From positions 24,366,001 to 24,430,000 of the forward strand of contig NC_086106.1 in the NCBI RefSeq assembly GCF_963921235.1: 64,000 nucleotides of DNA, in the 5' to 3' direction. The DNA comes from Mobula hypostoma (Eukaryota). The notes beneath the pieces were generated by a model, which was not told the origin of the DNA, searched no databases, and saw only the letters and a list, made by a program, of their open reading frames with translations. Both the position numbers and the translations under genes were made by a program. Shown here in pieces: positions 50,177-61,340 of the stretch. Every line of letters starts with the position of its first letter. The first letter of the stretch is position 1.

Positions 50177-50948
50177 CTTTTTTTCTCTTTCTCTCACTTT
50201 CCCTTTCTGTCAGTTTGCCCTTACATTAGTTTTTTGCATGTAGTAATACCTCTCTACATATGCTCTCCAACTGAGGCATTCCTACATTCCTGAAGACTGA
50301 ACCTCTTGATCTGTGCGTCCATTGCCTGTGTATATGTTCTCCCATTCATCGCAAATTATCTTCCTTCTCTTGCTCTCCATTTCTTTCCATCTAACCGTGT
50401 GCGCTACGGCAGTATCGTGATGTTGTTCTTTCTCAGCCTTTTTTTTTCTCTAACTGTAACCCTGTTATGATACGTACGAGTAAAGGTAATGATTTTAAGC
50501 AATTGTCGCCGTTTCCAGAATTCCGGGTCACAGCTTTTTCTCAGTAATGAGAACACTAGGCAACAAACTGCAGTGGCTATTCCTCTTCAGCAACAGTGGA
50601 GATACTGCACTAAAACTTAATAAGAACTTCACAAGTTGAAAAAAGAACTGATGATCTCAGCCCTGAATATCGCCGCTAAATCTCAACAAACTGCTGTAAA
50701 GGAATATCTGGAATAACTGCAGTTTAACTCAAGTTTATACCTTATCATCTCACCTCCTTCTTCAGCTGTAGATGGTGAGCTGTCAAAAATAAATAGCATC
50801 TGTCATCAAGGATCCACGGCATCCAGGCCACATCCACTTCGAAATATAACCATCGGTCCGGAGGTACAGGCGTTTTCGCCCCACACCACCCATTTCAGCA
50901 GCAACCAGAGTTTACATGTTTACTCAGCGCGGCACTGAACTGATCCCA

Positions 50949-51150
50949 CAACAACAGGAATTCTGCAGATGCTGGAAATTCAATCAACACACATCAAAGT
51001 TGCTGGTGAACGCAGCAGGCCAAGCAGCATTTGTAGGAAGAGGTGCAGTCGACGTTTCAGGCCGAGACCCTTCGTCAGGACTAACTGAAGGAAGAGTGAG
51101 TAAGGGATTTGAAAGTTGGAGGGAGTTGTTTTCTCCTATCATTTTGGATC
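50949..51150 (-). mobile_element. Penelope pLTR fragment
   Basis: Reverse complement of 12260-12430 at high identity. Confidence 0.88.
51046..51083 (-). ncRNA. Minimal type I hammerhead ribozyme motif (identical to 12296-12333)
   Basis: Reverse complement reads tagtcctgacgaagggtctcggcctgaaacgtcgactg. Confidence 0.8.
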
Positions 51151-51699
51151 TCCCCCTCCCCCTCCAACATCTTGGATTTCATTGTAAACTTCAACCAAGA
51201 TGCAGTTGACGACACAGCCGTGTAATGTAAAATCACCTGGAGTATAGGCACCAGTAGCGTTAGGATGGGCAATGCAGTTATTTTACATAACACATGAAAT
51301 AAGGCAAGAAGTTGAGTTGTTTGTGTAATCAGGGAATGAGTCCTCACAGCGTTAATTGCAGATGAATGGGATCTCTCTGCCAGAAGCTTCTTGGACAATG
51401 TGTGTAGATGCTTTCGCTGTTCAAAGATACCTGGAAAACATAACATATAAATGACGTCAACTTGCAGAAATTAGTATAATATCGCACAGTTTTAGAATTA
51501 ATAAGGGCAAGGAGAAGATGGGTTTACAGAAACAACAACACGAATCCAATGTTCAACCTGAGGATTCTGGGAAGGACGACATGTTCCTCTGCAAATCTTT
51601 GGTATGTTCTTCAAGTTCATAAGCATTGAACATGCGTTTTGAAAGCCTTTGCAGTATTTCACATATTTTCAAATTCGGTAATCTCTAATAAATTGTATA

Positions 51700-52215
51700 A
51701 ATTATTTGCAGCAACACACATAAAAGTTACTGGTGAACGCAGCAGACCAGGCAGCATCTCTAGGAAGAGGTATAGTCGACGGTTCGGGCCGAGACCCTTC
51801 ATCAGGTCTAACAGAAAGAAGGGATAGTAACAGATTTGGAAGTGGCAGGGGGAGGGAGGATCCGAAATGATAGGGGAAGGCAGCAAGGGGAGAGATGGAA
51901 CTAAGATCTGAAAAGTTGTTTGGCAAAACGGATATGAGAGGATCATGGGACAGGAGGCCGAGGGAGAAAGAAAGGGGGGCGGGGGAGCTCAAAGGATGGG
52001 CAAGGAGTATAGTGAGAGGGACAGAGGGAGAAAAAGGACATACATATATGCAAACAAACAAATAAATAAATATTTAACAGATGGGTACGAAGTGGAGGTC
52101 GGGCATTAAAGGAAGTTAGAGAAGTCAATGTTAATGCCATCAGATTGGAGGCTACTCGGACAGAATATAAGGTGTTGCTCCTCCAACCTGAGTGTGGCTT
52201 CATCTTGAAGGTAGA
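51700..52215 (-). mobile_element. Penelope-like 3' fragment with degenerate hammerhead
   Basis: EATLRLEEQHLIF...DGINIDFSNF; pLTR core CTGATGA...GAAC at 51773-51810. Confidence 0.88.
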
Positions 52216-52625
52216 CGAGGCCGTGGATTCCTTGGAGTTTAGAAGAAGGAGTGGAGACGTCATAGAAGCATTTCGAATGTTGAAAGGCATGGATAGTGTG
52301 GATGTGGCAAAAGTGTTTCCCATGATGGGGAAGTATTGAACCAGAGGACATGATTTTAGGATTGAAGGGCGCCCATTCAGAACAGAGATGCGAATAGTTT
52401 GTTTGTTTTTTGCCAGAGGGTGGCGAATATGTGGAATTTGTTGCCACGGCCGGTAATGAAGGCCAAGTCATTGGGGGTATTTAAGGCCGAGATTCATAGG
52501 TAGCTGGGGCATCAAAGGCGATGGTTAGAAGGCCGGGGATTGGGATCAGTGAGAATGGATAAGCTCTTGATAAAATGGCGGAACAGACTCGATGGGCGGA
52601 ATTGCCGACTTCTACTCCTTTATCT
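52215..52625 (+). mobile_element. CR1 3' fragment
   Basis: LEFRRRSGDVIEAFRMLKGMDSVDV; gactcgatgggcggaattgccgacttctactcc tail region. Confidence 0.8.
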
Positions 52626-53989
52626 AATGGTCGTATCACAGGGAGCAAGACAGAAACAAAGTGACTGTATTCACCGGATATGCAAATTAGAATGAGGTGA
52701 TAAATGAATTGATGTAAAGGTGATTCATTTTTTTAATATAAAAAAAGATAATGATTCATTGAAGAGGTCTTTGAAAATGAAGTGTAGTTCATTTCTGTAG
52801 TACAAAAAAAGAAACAAATCCACGTTGTGTCAAATGCCCTATTCGAATGCGTGACGTCATTACTTCATGCAACATGTAATTCAAATTTTAATATGAAATA
52901 GAAATTGTGCGATTTCTGGGAAAAAAAAAACATTCAGTCCAAATGTATCGATTAAATGTCAGGTTTCTGTTCTGAGGAGTATCACTGGCACGTCTATTTT
53001 TGGAATATTGTGTGAAGATCCTCCTAATATGTCAGAATGTTTACTTCACAGACCTGCTGTTAATGGTGCGTGTGGAACCTCAGTCTCAGCTTGCAGGATC
53101 CCTGTAGGATACCTCGAATCTGCATTTTCTTTCTAAAGTGTCCATGGAAATCGAGTTGATTGATTAAATATGTTTAGGTTTAGATCAGGTCTCCTTAGGG
53201 ATTACAACGAATGCATTATATTGGTTGTTCTAGCTTAGTTGGCGGCAAAAGGGAGGTGCTGAAAAGGCAGTGGCAGTAAGATTTGCGGAGTATCTGCACT
53301 GTTTGCAATTTGTGATTATGTATGAAAAAAATGACTGTGGATTAAAATGCCTGTAATTCCGATTGATATTGCAAATCAGCGTCAGTTTTGTTTTGACGAA
53401 CATTTTCAAATATAATTCCTTGGACCTGGTAGCAATAAGTCACAGAACTGGTTCAGGTTTAGGAATACGGTAGGCCTAACAGAAGCCTATTTGACAATTT
53501 GATTCATTGTGAACAGGTAATAGCTTTGTGTTCCTCCCTTAAAAGAAACAGTGTTGTGGATTTGGGGATAAAAAAACATTCCCGTGAAAAGAGGAAGTCC
53601 ATGGGAGTGGTCCCAGAAGTGAAGAGCTTAGCGTATGAGGAATGCAGCCAGGTACTAGGCCAGTACCCGATGTCACCGTTTCTCTTTGTGACGTCTTCAA
53701 ACAATCCCCCAGCTCCCATGTCCGCGTCCGAGAACAGCGGTGATTCCCCCGGTTTATATTTCGGCGCCTGTCTCAATGATTTTACCTGACGTCCCATTGG
53801 CTCTTTCTAGTTATTATCCCAGCACAGTTTTGCAGGTGCCTCGGCTGTAAAACCACGGACGAATCTGGAGTCATGCAGGAATACACACAAAGTCAGGTGA
53901 TTCGGTAGATTGAAAGCATGAAAAGCATTCCGTTTGCATCCTACTATATCTCTTTCGGACACTACTAACAGAGATTAACGAAAATCAAT

Positions 53990-55500
53990 TCAATGAATGG
54001 AACACGGTGCTATCAAGATACATATTGCATGGTAAATGGCCTGGGGTTCATCTCAAAACTTTGCAAATAGCAAAGGAAAAGGGGGGATGGGCACTACTTT
54101 CTCCGAGAAGTTATAAGTTTGCAGCACACTTGAGAGCCGTGATATGTTGGTGCAACCCATCATATGACGTTCAATGGAAAAACATTGAGGAGAGGTTTCT
54201 TTCCATCCCCATACAGGCACTTTTGACTGATATCAACATACAAATTACACAAATAATATTGACAACCTGTAAGTGAAATGGATTTAAAATATGGAATACT
54301 GTTATAAAGGAATATAACCTAGAGAGGATGATTGCAATTCTTAAATGATGTGAAGATGACTCGGATTTTATGCCGAATAAACTGGTTGCTAGATTTACGG
54401 ACTGGACAACTAAAAGAATAACAGCTATTTGCAATATAATGAAAGAAGGAACACTGTTCGGTTTTGAAATGCTCAAAGAGAAATACTTATTTGAAAAAAC
54501 AAGACTTTTACCGGTATTTACAGATGCGACAGTATGTTAATAGGACGGTTGAAAATGTAACCAAGGCAAGTACATGTCTGATAGATCTATTTAGAAGAGG
54601 ATCTAATTCAGACAACGGTAGCAGAATATTTTCAAGCATGTATAAGGATTTGTCAAAACCTAAAACACATTCGACTTCATACATTATAACAAAATAGGGG
54701 AAGGAAGGAGGGATAACTATATCTGAGCAAGACCGGACAATAATATGGAGGTACCAATGGAAGTGTACTAGTTCACATAAATGGACGCATTTCGGGTGGA
54801 AAAACTGGATAAGATACTTTGTTACACCCTCTCAGAAATCACATTATGATAGTAACGCACTTATTTGCTGCAGAAATTATGGAAAAGAAAATGCTACCCA
54901 TTATCATATTTTCTGGAATTGCCCCGTTATCATAGACTATTGGAGTGGGATACATAATGCCCAACAAGACATATTTAAATGTGAAATACCCTTAGAGAGT
55001 AAGACCATATATTTTGGATATATACCTTAAGAATAGTTGAAAAGAGATACATATTTAATGATTGCACTGCTGGTGGCTGGTAAAAAAAAGGACCCTTACC
55101 AGGAAATGGCTATCACAGGACAGCCCAGCTTTAAATGTATGGATGGAAATTACAATTGACATTTAAAAAATGGAGAAGAAATCAGCATCTGTTAATCATA
55201 AGTTAAAACAATATTATTCATCCTGGAAAAAAATGGTTTAACTACACAACACCTCATAAGCCTGATTTTATTCTCACAAACCAATAAATATGTTTTAAAA
55301 ATAAGATCACGCCCTACTCCGTACATAGTTTTCTTCTTTCGATTGTTCTTTCTTTCCTCTCCTTTCTATAAGTGTATACCTCATATAAGTATTATGCGGA
55401 AATTTGTGACAAATAGGATTATGCAGTGTCTGAAATGCATCTTGTGGAAATGTCTGTTTGATGATGAAATTTAATTAAAAAAATAAATTAGTAAAAAATA
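53990..55500 (+). mobile_element. 5'-truncated L1-clade LINE fragment
   Basis: KTLQIAKEKGGWAL...AAHLR; C-terminal CxRNxGKENATHYHIFWNCP-like zinc knuckle near 54860-54930; A-rich tail near 55470-55500. Confidence 0.78.
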
Positions 55501-55534
55501 AATGACAGATAACATTTTTGATGATATATTTTTA

Positions 55535-56700
55535 TGCGACACATATAAATTTCTTAACACTGCTAACGTAATGGACTTTCTGTAGAAGTAGTCTTTTAGA
55601 CATTATTAGATATATCGTGTGCTTTGGAATGTGAGCCATCCAATAAAGTGAGTGTGTTTTCGTTTTGTGTGCCTGACACCCGTATGAGTTTGGACTTTTG
55701 TTTGATGGGAGCTGAAGTAGAAGACAGCGGGGAGAAGAGATTGTAGGACTCGACTCTGTGCGGGGATATGCTACGCTGACGTTCGGGGAGATCAAAGTAG
55801 AATCGTCGAATGTAAAACCATCAGCTCCAACTTGCAAACACGAGGATATCTGCAGATGCTGAAATTTCTAGCAGCACACATACAAGTTGCTGGTGAAGGC
55901 AGCAGGCCAGGCAGCATCTCCAGAAATAGGTACAGTCGGCGTTTGGGGCCGAGACTCTTCGTCAGGACTGACGAAGGGTCACGGCCCGATACCCTTCGTA
56001 TGCACCTCTTCCTAGAGATGCTACCTGGCGTGCTGCGTTCACCAGCAAGTTTTATGTGTGTAGCTCCAACTTGCGCACTTTAGACTGTTTCATTAAGATG
56101 GACACTTTTCTCTTTTTTTTTTTGGCATTTTCTTTGCTAACCCATTAGTCAATATGACAATTATAAAGCTAAATCGTTTAATTGTATGCGGTGTGCTGTC
56201 TGTTAATTCGTGGTAATTATTCGTTACAGGGTAACAAATTACGCAGCATCCACAGAAATAGGATGTATCGGCGGAGCTGGACATTGTCAGCTTTAGACGT
56301 AAGCAGCGACGGAACGAGTGTGCTTCCTTTTCATGAACGAAATCAGGATTCAGGAAGATATGTTTACACTACTAAACTTAAATGGGAGCACAATCAAAAA
56401 AGAAAATGAAGAAGTTATAACTATTGATGAAAACATTAACCAATGAATGTTGTGCAATTGCCCTGAGCATTAATCTGGCGGGTTGAGTGTTTAAGTCTTT
56501 GCTGAGTTATTGTCCGGTAAAGTGATTACGGTACGTTATTATGGAGGCTGCAGTGGTTGATTGGATCAAGCGAAGCCTGTTTTGTGTGGGCATTCCTTCC
56601 GGTTCTGTGCAAAGCGAGCCCAATGCTAAATGTTCATTTTGACACACATTACACGAACAAAGACAAAATTGAAGATTTGCTTGAAGCTCGACTACTTGTA
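55535..56700 (+). mobile_element. Gypsy LTR (same family as 19226) plus start of the internal region, interrupted by a Penelope-derived palindrome
   Basis: gctttggaatgtgagccatccaat...gtgcctgacacc is shared with 19310-19370; ccggtaaagtgattacggta is shared with 19878-19897. Confidence 0.75.
55836..56061. mobile_element. Palindromic Penelope pLTR mini-element with 13-bp target duplication
   Basis: Arms invert at ttcgtcag-ga-ctgacgaa (55958-55975); agctccaacttgc at 55823-55835 and 56062-56074. Confidence 0.85.
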
Positions 56701-57924
56701 AGCAGTTAAATACAAATGTCTGGAATTGCAAAATAAATTTATATTAACTTTACTCTTAGATCTGTATAAAGCTGAGGAGAAGTTCTGTCCGACTGTCTGG
56801 GTGTCTGCCTTCCTCTCTGCCACGTCACTCCCATTCTCTCTATCTCATAAGTTCTCCCTCTTACACTGTGTATCTTTCTGTCCCACTCTACAATAGACAT
56901 AACCCTTTTACTCAGCTCCGTTTCTCTCTTACATTCAATCACACACATAAACACACATTATATCAAACTCTCTGTTTTGTCTGCCTCGAACTCTCACTCT
57001 CGCCTTCATTCTTTCTCTCTCTCTCTCTCTGCATGTCTACTCCGTTCCTCCATCATTCATTTTTTCCCACTGTGAAATCACTTTCAATGACTTCGAGATT
57101 TAAAATATTGTATACTCAGCTTCTCCTTCATCCGCATAATATGAAGAAAATAGACGCATGATGAACGAGAATTTTCAGCCACGTTGTCTAAATGCTTTAG
57201 AGTTCTGAACTATAACAGCAGCTGCGAGTTAAATGCAAGAATAATGCCACATTTACTTGCGAGTTTTGTCGCTGACAGTTGCACTCCCAAGTATACCACG
57301 CGACGCAGTTATTTTAGTGTGCAACCTTCGTTTCCAGGGTCTGGCCGCCCTCTGTTGAGTATTTATTGGAGCAATCGGGGCAGAATTCTGCCTGAATAGT
57401 GATATCAATGCAACAGCATTTGATATTTTTAAGCGAACCATAAATTGTTCAAAAGTAGTACGTCGAGGCCACCACATTTTGAGATAGCCAACGATCTACG
57501 TTAATCCGAAGATCACCAATTATTTCCCGACTCTTCATTTTAGGTCGTTTTAATCTCCTGATCTCGTGTCGGCGCCAATAAACTCTTTCTGAATGCTTAC
57601 CTTGCGCGACTAAATTTGGTGTGAGACAACACAGAAAGCTTTCTTGATCATAAGAGCACAGTACCGTCAGGTTTCCTCTCTTTCGGGAACGTTCTTCAGA
57701 GAAGTACGAAAACAAAGATTTTTCTTCCTGATATCATTTCCCTATCAGGCACCTATTTTTTTTTTTAATAAACTTATGTTTATTATTTTAATTCATAATT
57801 CAAGTCAATTAAAATGTCGCGTACAATTTAAGCTGGAAAGCTTCCTATCACTTCCAGACATGCTTGAGCAAGCTCCGCCTGCTCGGTTGCTGCATGGTAG
57901 GGCAGGATTTAGTAATAATTATTA

Positions 57925-58670
57925 GGTTGAGGACTGTAAGGATGAAAATTGCTATCACAAGGTACACAAAAGTTCTATGAATGATTTTGATATTTCAGAC
58001 AGATGCTTCCCAGAACACTTGATGCCAAGACTGAAGAAAGCATTTTTGTTGATCCACAAGTCAAACAGGTCATCAATGACAGGATATTTGAAGAATTTCC
58101 AGTGGGACCGGAGAAAATCACATGGAAGGCATTCAAGGAGTTGTTGAAATTTGTCTCGGCATCAACAGAACACCAAACAGCATGCAGCTGGTTGAAAGCA
58201 TGCTTTAAGCAAATAAAACCATGAAATGCAGCATGTAACTAACAATTAATTTTCTGCATTCCCATTTAGACTTCTGCCCTGCAAAACTTGGTGCTGTTAG
58301 TGACGAGCATGCTGGAACTTTTCACGAGGACATTGCGGTCATGGGGAAAATATACCATAGCAACTGGAATCCATCAACGCTGGCGAATGGTGGATTGACA
58401 CTTAAGCGAGAAGCCTCAAACACTGAATACAAATGAAAATCATTAACAGAATATCTTTTAACTTAGTTGAACTATTACAAAACATCAGCACCATTATGCA
58501 ATTAAACGCATTAGGCTCAATAAAAGGTAATGTGTTGTTTCTCCACATTCCTACGTGATGTAAGTAGTATGAAAGTATATGTGTGTTCATCTTCAAGTAT
58601 CCATCATAAACAAACAAACAAAAAAAAAATCTGTGGAAGCAGCACTTTTGAAGAAATTCGTTATCCAGTC
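57925..58670 (+). mobile_element. Decayed DNA transposon, probably Chapaev3 (CMC)-like, transposase C-terminus and 3' end
   Basis: DAKTEESIFVDPQVKQVI...WKAFK and SHLDFCPAKLGAVSDEHAGTFHEDI-like translation; family assignment is from memory of this motif. Confidence 0.6.
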
Positions 58671-59114
58671 TTTCGGAAATAAACACAGGACACAGAATTT
58701 TGAGTCAGATATAAAAAAAAATGGAAAAAGAAATTGCTAAGTTGTATTGCATGAAATAGTATTTGATGAGGAAATATAAATTCAAAATCGTGGTAACCTA
58801 CGTGTTATTCGAGCTGGAGGGGCGCTTCAGGATTAAATAGTCTTTCAGGGTTTTTCCTATTAGGGACTCAAGAATTCGATCAGGAGCAGTTGCGGAGCAC
58901 GTGATATTTCCAAAATTCTGTCTTCTGAACTGAAATTACGCTGCAACAATTTACTAATGAAGCAGAACAGAATGATGGGATGAGCTTGCTATGTTGGAGA
59001 TTTAAGGAAGGGGACACTTTGTGGACAGAAAGCGAAGCTTTCATATTCATTTAGTGGATTATAATTCTCTGAATCCGGTTGTGAGCTCCCTGTCCCTACC
59101 CCCCCCCCTCCCCC

Positions 59115-59117
<3 letters not shown>

Positions 59118-59155
<38 letters not shown>
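59118..59155. repeat. (CT)n microsatellite
   Basis: Direct reading. Confidence 0.95.
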
Positions 59156-59159
<4 letters not shown>

Positions 59160-59599
59160 CTCTCTCTATCTCTGGCTCTGTATCTCTTTCTCTCTTTCTC
59201 TCACTTCTTTTATGTATCCGCAGTTTGTATATGATCAAAAGTGATTGAGTCTGTTCTGCCGTCTTCTCCCTTTCGCGTATTAGCTTTCCCCTCTACCTTT
59301 CTATTACGCTGTCTATATCGCGCTCTAACAATGTTCGAAATCCAACTTACATCGATCAATCTAGCCACTTGAAAATTGCTTTCTATTTTATTTCTCCAGC
59401 GGAGTACATATTATCGCCAGTCTATGAAACTGGCAAATTTCATTCCCCGTATGTATTTCTTTTGTAGAATATGTTTCATTTCGTTTCCAGATAGTGTTCT
59501 AACAAATTGCGTTTTAGATAAGGTGCTGCCGTGTTTGAAACACGGAATTGAAGCACCGTCTTCCTCTGTAAATCTCAGAGTACTTTACCCTGCGGCAAT

Positions 59600-61080
59600 C
59601 AGTGTGTCATAGCAAACTTATAGCACTTGGGTGAGAAAACCACAAGTCTCAGAGTAATGTATCCGGAAACGATATGAGCGCCATAACATTCTTACAGGGT
59701 TAACTTATAGAACACTGTAGGAAGAAAATATCGCTATTTGGCCAAGTGAATCCACGTGACACGTTATTATTTCCTATCCAGTATCAACTTGCTGCGTTCG
59801 TTAAAAAAAAAACAACAAAAAAAAAGACTGTCGTTCCTTATACTCACCACCCTCAGTGAATAATCTTCCCTCTGAATCTTTAACTATGTCTTTTGGTTTT
59901 GGATTCTTTTAACTAGGGTGTAAGACTACTGACGTTAATTTTATCCAAGCCGATCATGTTTTTATAAATCTTAATAAGATCACTCCTCAACACTTTACTG
60001 TTAAGGAACGAAAGATCTTGTCTGACCAACCGTTGTAGGTTACTCGGTGTCTGTAGGCATGCAAAAATACTTGCAAGTCTTTACCCATTCTCTCCAGTTT
60101 AAGCACGTGTTCTATTACGATCTGTCCATCCTCAACTGCTAATGTAGGAAGGTAAACAGGATGACGTCTGGTTTAATACATACCTTGTTTTTGCTTCCCT
60201 CTGTAATCAGTCGATTTCTTTGACACACGCAGGGGACACTTTATATTTTTCTGTCACACAGCCGCATAATTATACAAACAGAAGTCTGGACGCCGCCGTT
60301 GATATTTCCGCATCTCTCTGTTTGAAAATTCATTCCAGTCGCTTGAATTTCCCAGTAGCAGGACAGCGCCAACTTTTTTTTCCCCCTTTATCCTTTATGA
60401 TCTCTATCCCACTATCTTTCTCGGTAAAGTAACATGTGACAACTTCTCGAATAATTTATAATTCTAAACTGACGCTGCCTCTTATTTCGTATCTTCTTTC
60501 GCATCCATCCTCACTGTTATATTCATGATTAATTGACATCTCAGCATGAATAAAAGCCGTAGGCCTAAAAAAAATCTGTGTGCACGATCGTACGCCCTTA
60601 CCCAGTCCTAAACTGCTGCGTTTGCACGTATTGCCGTTCAGCTACGTCCATGTATGAGCTTATGCTAGTGTTCCAAAATTACCCTAATGCAGTTGCCTCA
60701 GACACATGCCGTCTGAGCTTGATCCGTATACTTACCTACGCTTAAATGAATCATTTTCACCTCAAGTCCCATTTAGTTACTAAGTCCGTGTATTAAAATT
60801 CTCATAATTACGGTAAAGACTACTACCGTTAATCCTATCTAGGACTACCGTGAGTTTGTAAATTCTTAGTAAATCCGGTCTCCACAACTTACTATCAAGG
60901 AAGTAAACGTCCTGCCCGTCAAGTTGCGCGCAGTTGCACAGGCTCTGTAGTTCTGTCAAAAATCTTCGCAAATCCGCCATGTACTCCTTACTCCATCCAG
61001 TTTAATCAGGTGTTGTATTACGATCTGTCCTTCCTCAGCACTTAATGCGGCGGGGTTCCGCATTAAAGACATCTGCTGCT
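59600..61080 (-). mobile_element. Two adjacent highly decayed CR1 3' fragments
   Basis: 59830-60150 and 60720-61050 resemble each other (tccagttta...tattacgatctgtcc.tcctca) and the reverse strand of CR1 3' ends. Confidence 0.5.
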
Positions 61081-61340
61081 TCCACTGGCGACACGGGGTA
61101 CACACTGGGTATTTTCACAGAGAGTCACCGGATGGCAGGTTCATAATAATCAGTTGTTGAAGAATGAGATAAGATCAGTGCCATATTTTGTTTGTGTAGA
61201 CTCGGATCGATGTCTTGTCAAAGGATAGATTGATCAATCGGAGCGTTTCATATAGGAGCAGTGTCGGAATGCGATCTCCCTTAACCCACCTCTTTCCCTG
61301 TTTAGACTTCCTTTCGTGGTCAAGTCGATTTCCATTGCAC

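Noticed and set aside
51773-51810. Hammerhead motif as an active ribozyme
   Set aside because: GAAA is mutated to GAAC and stem I is mismatched
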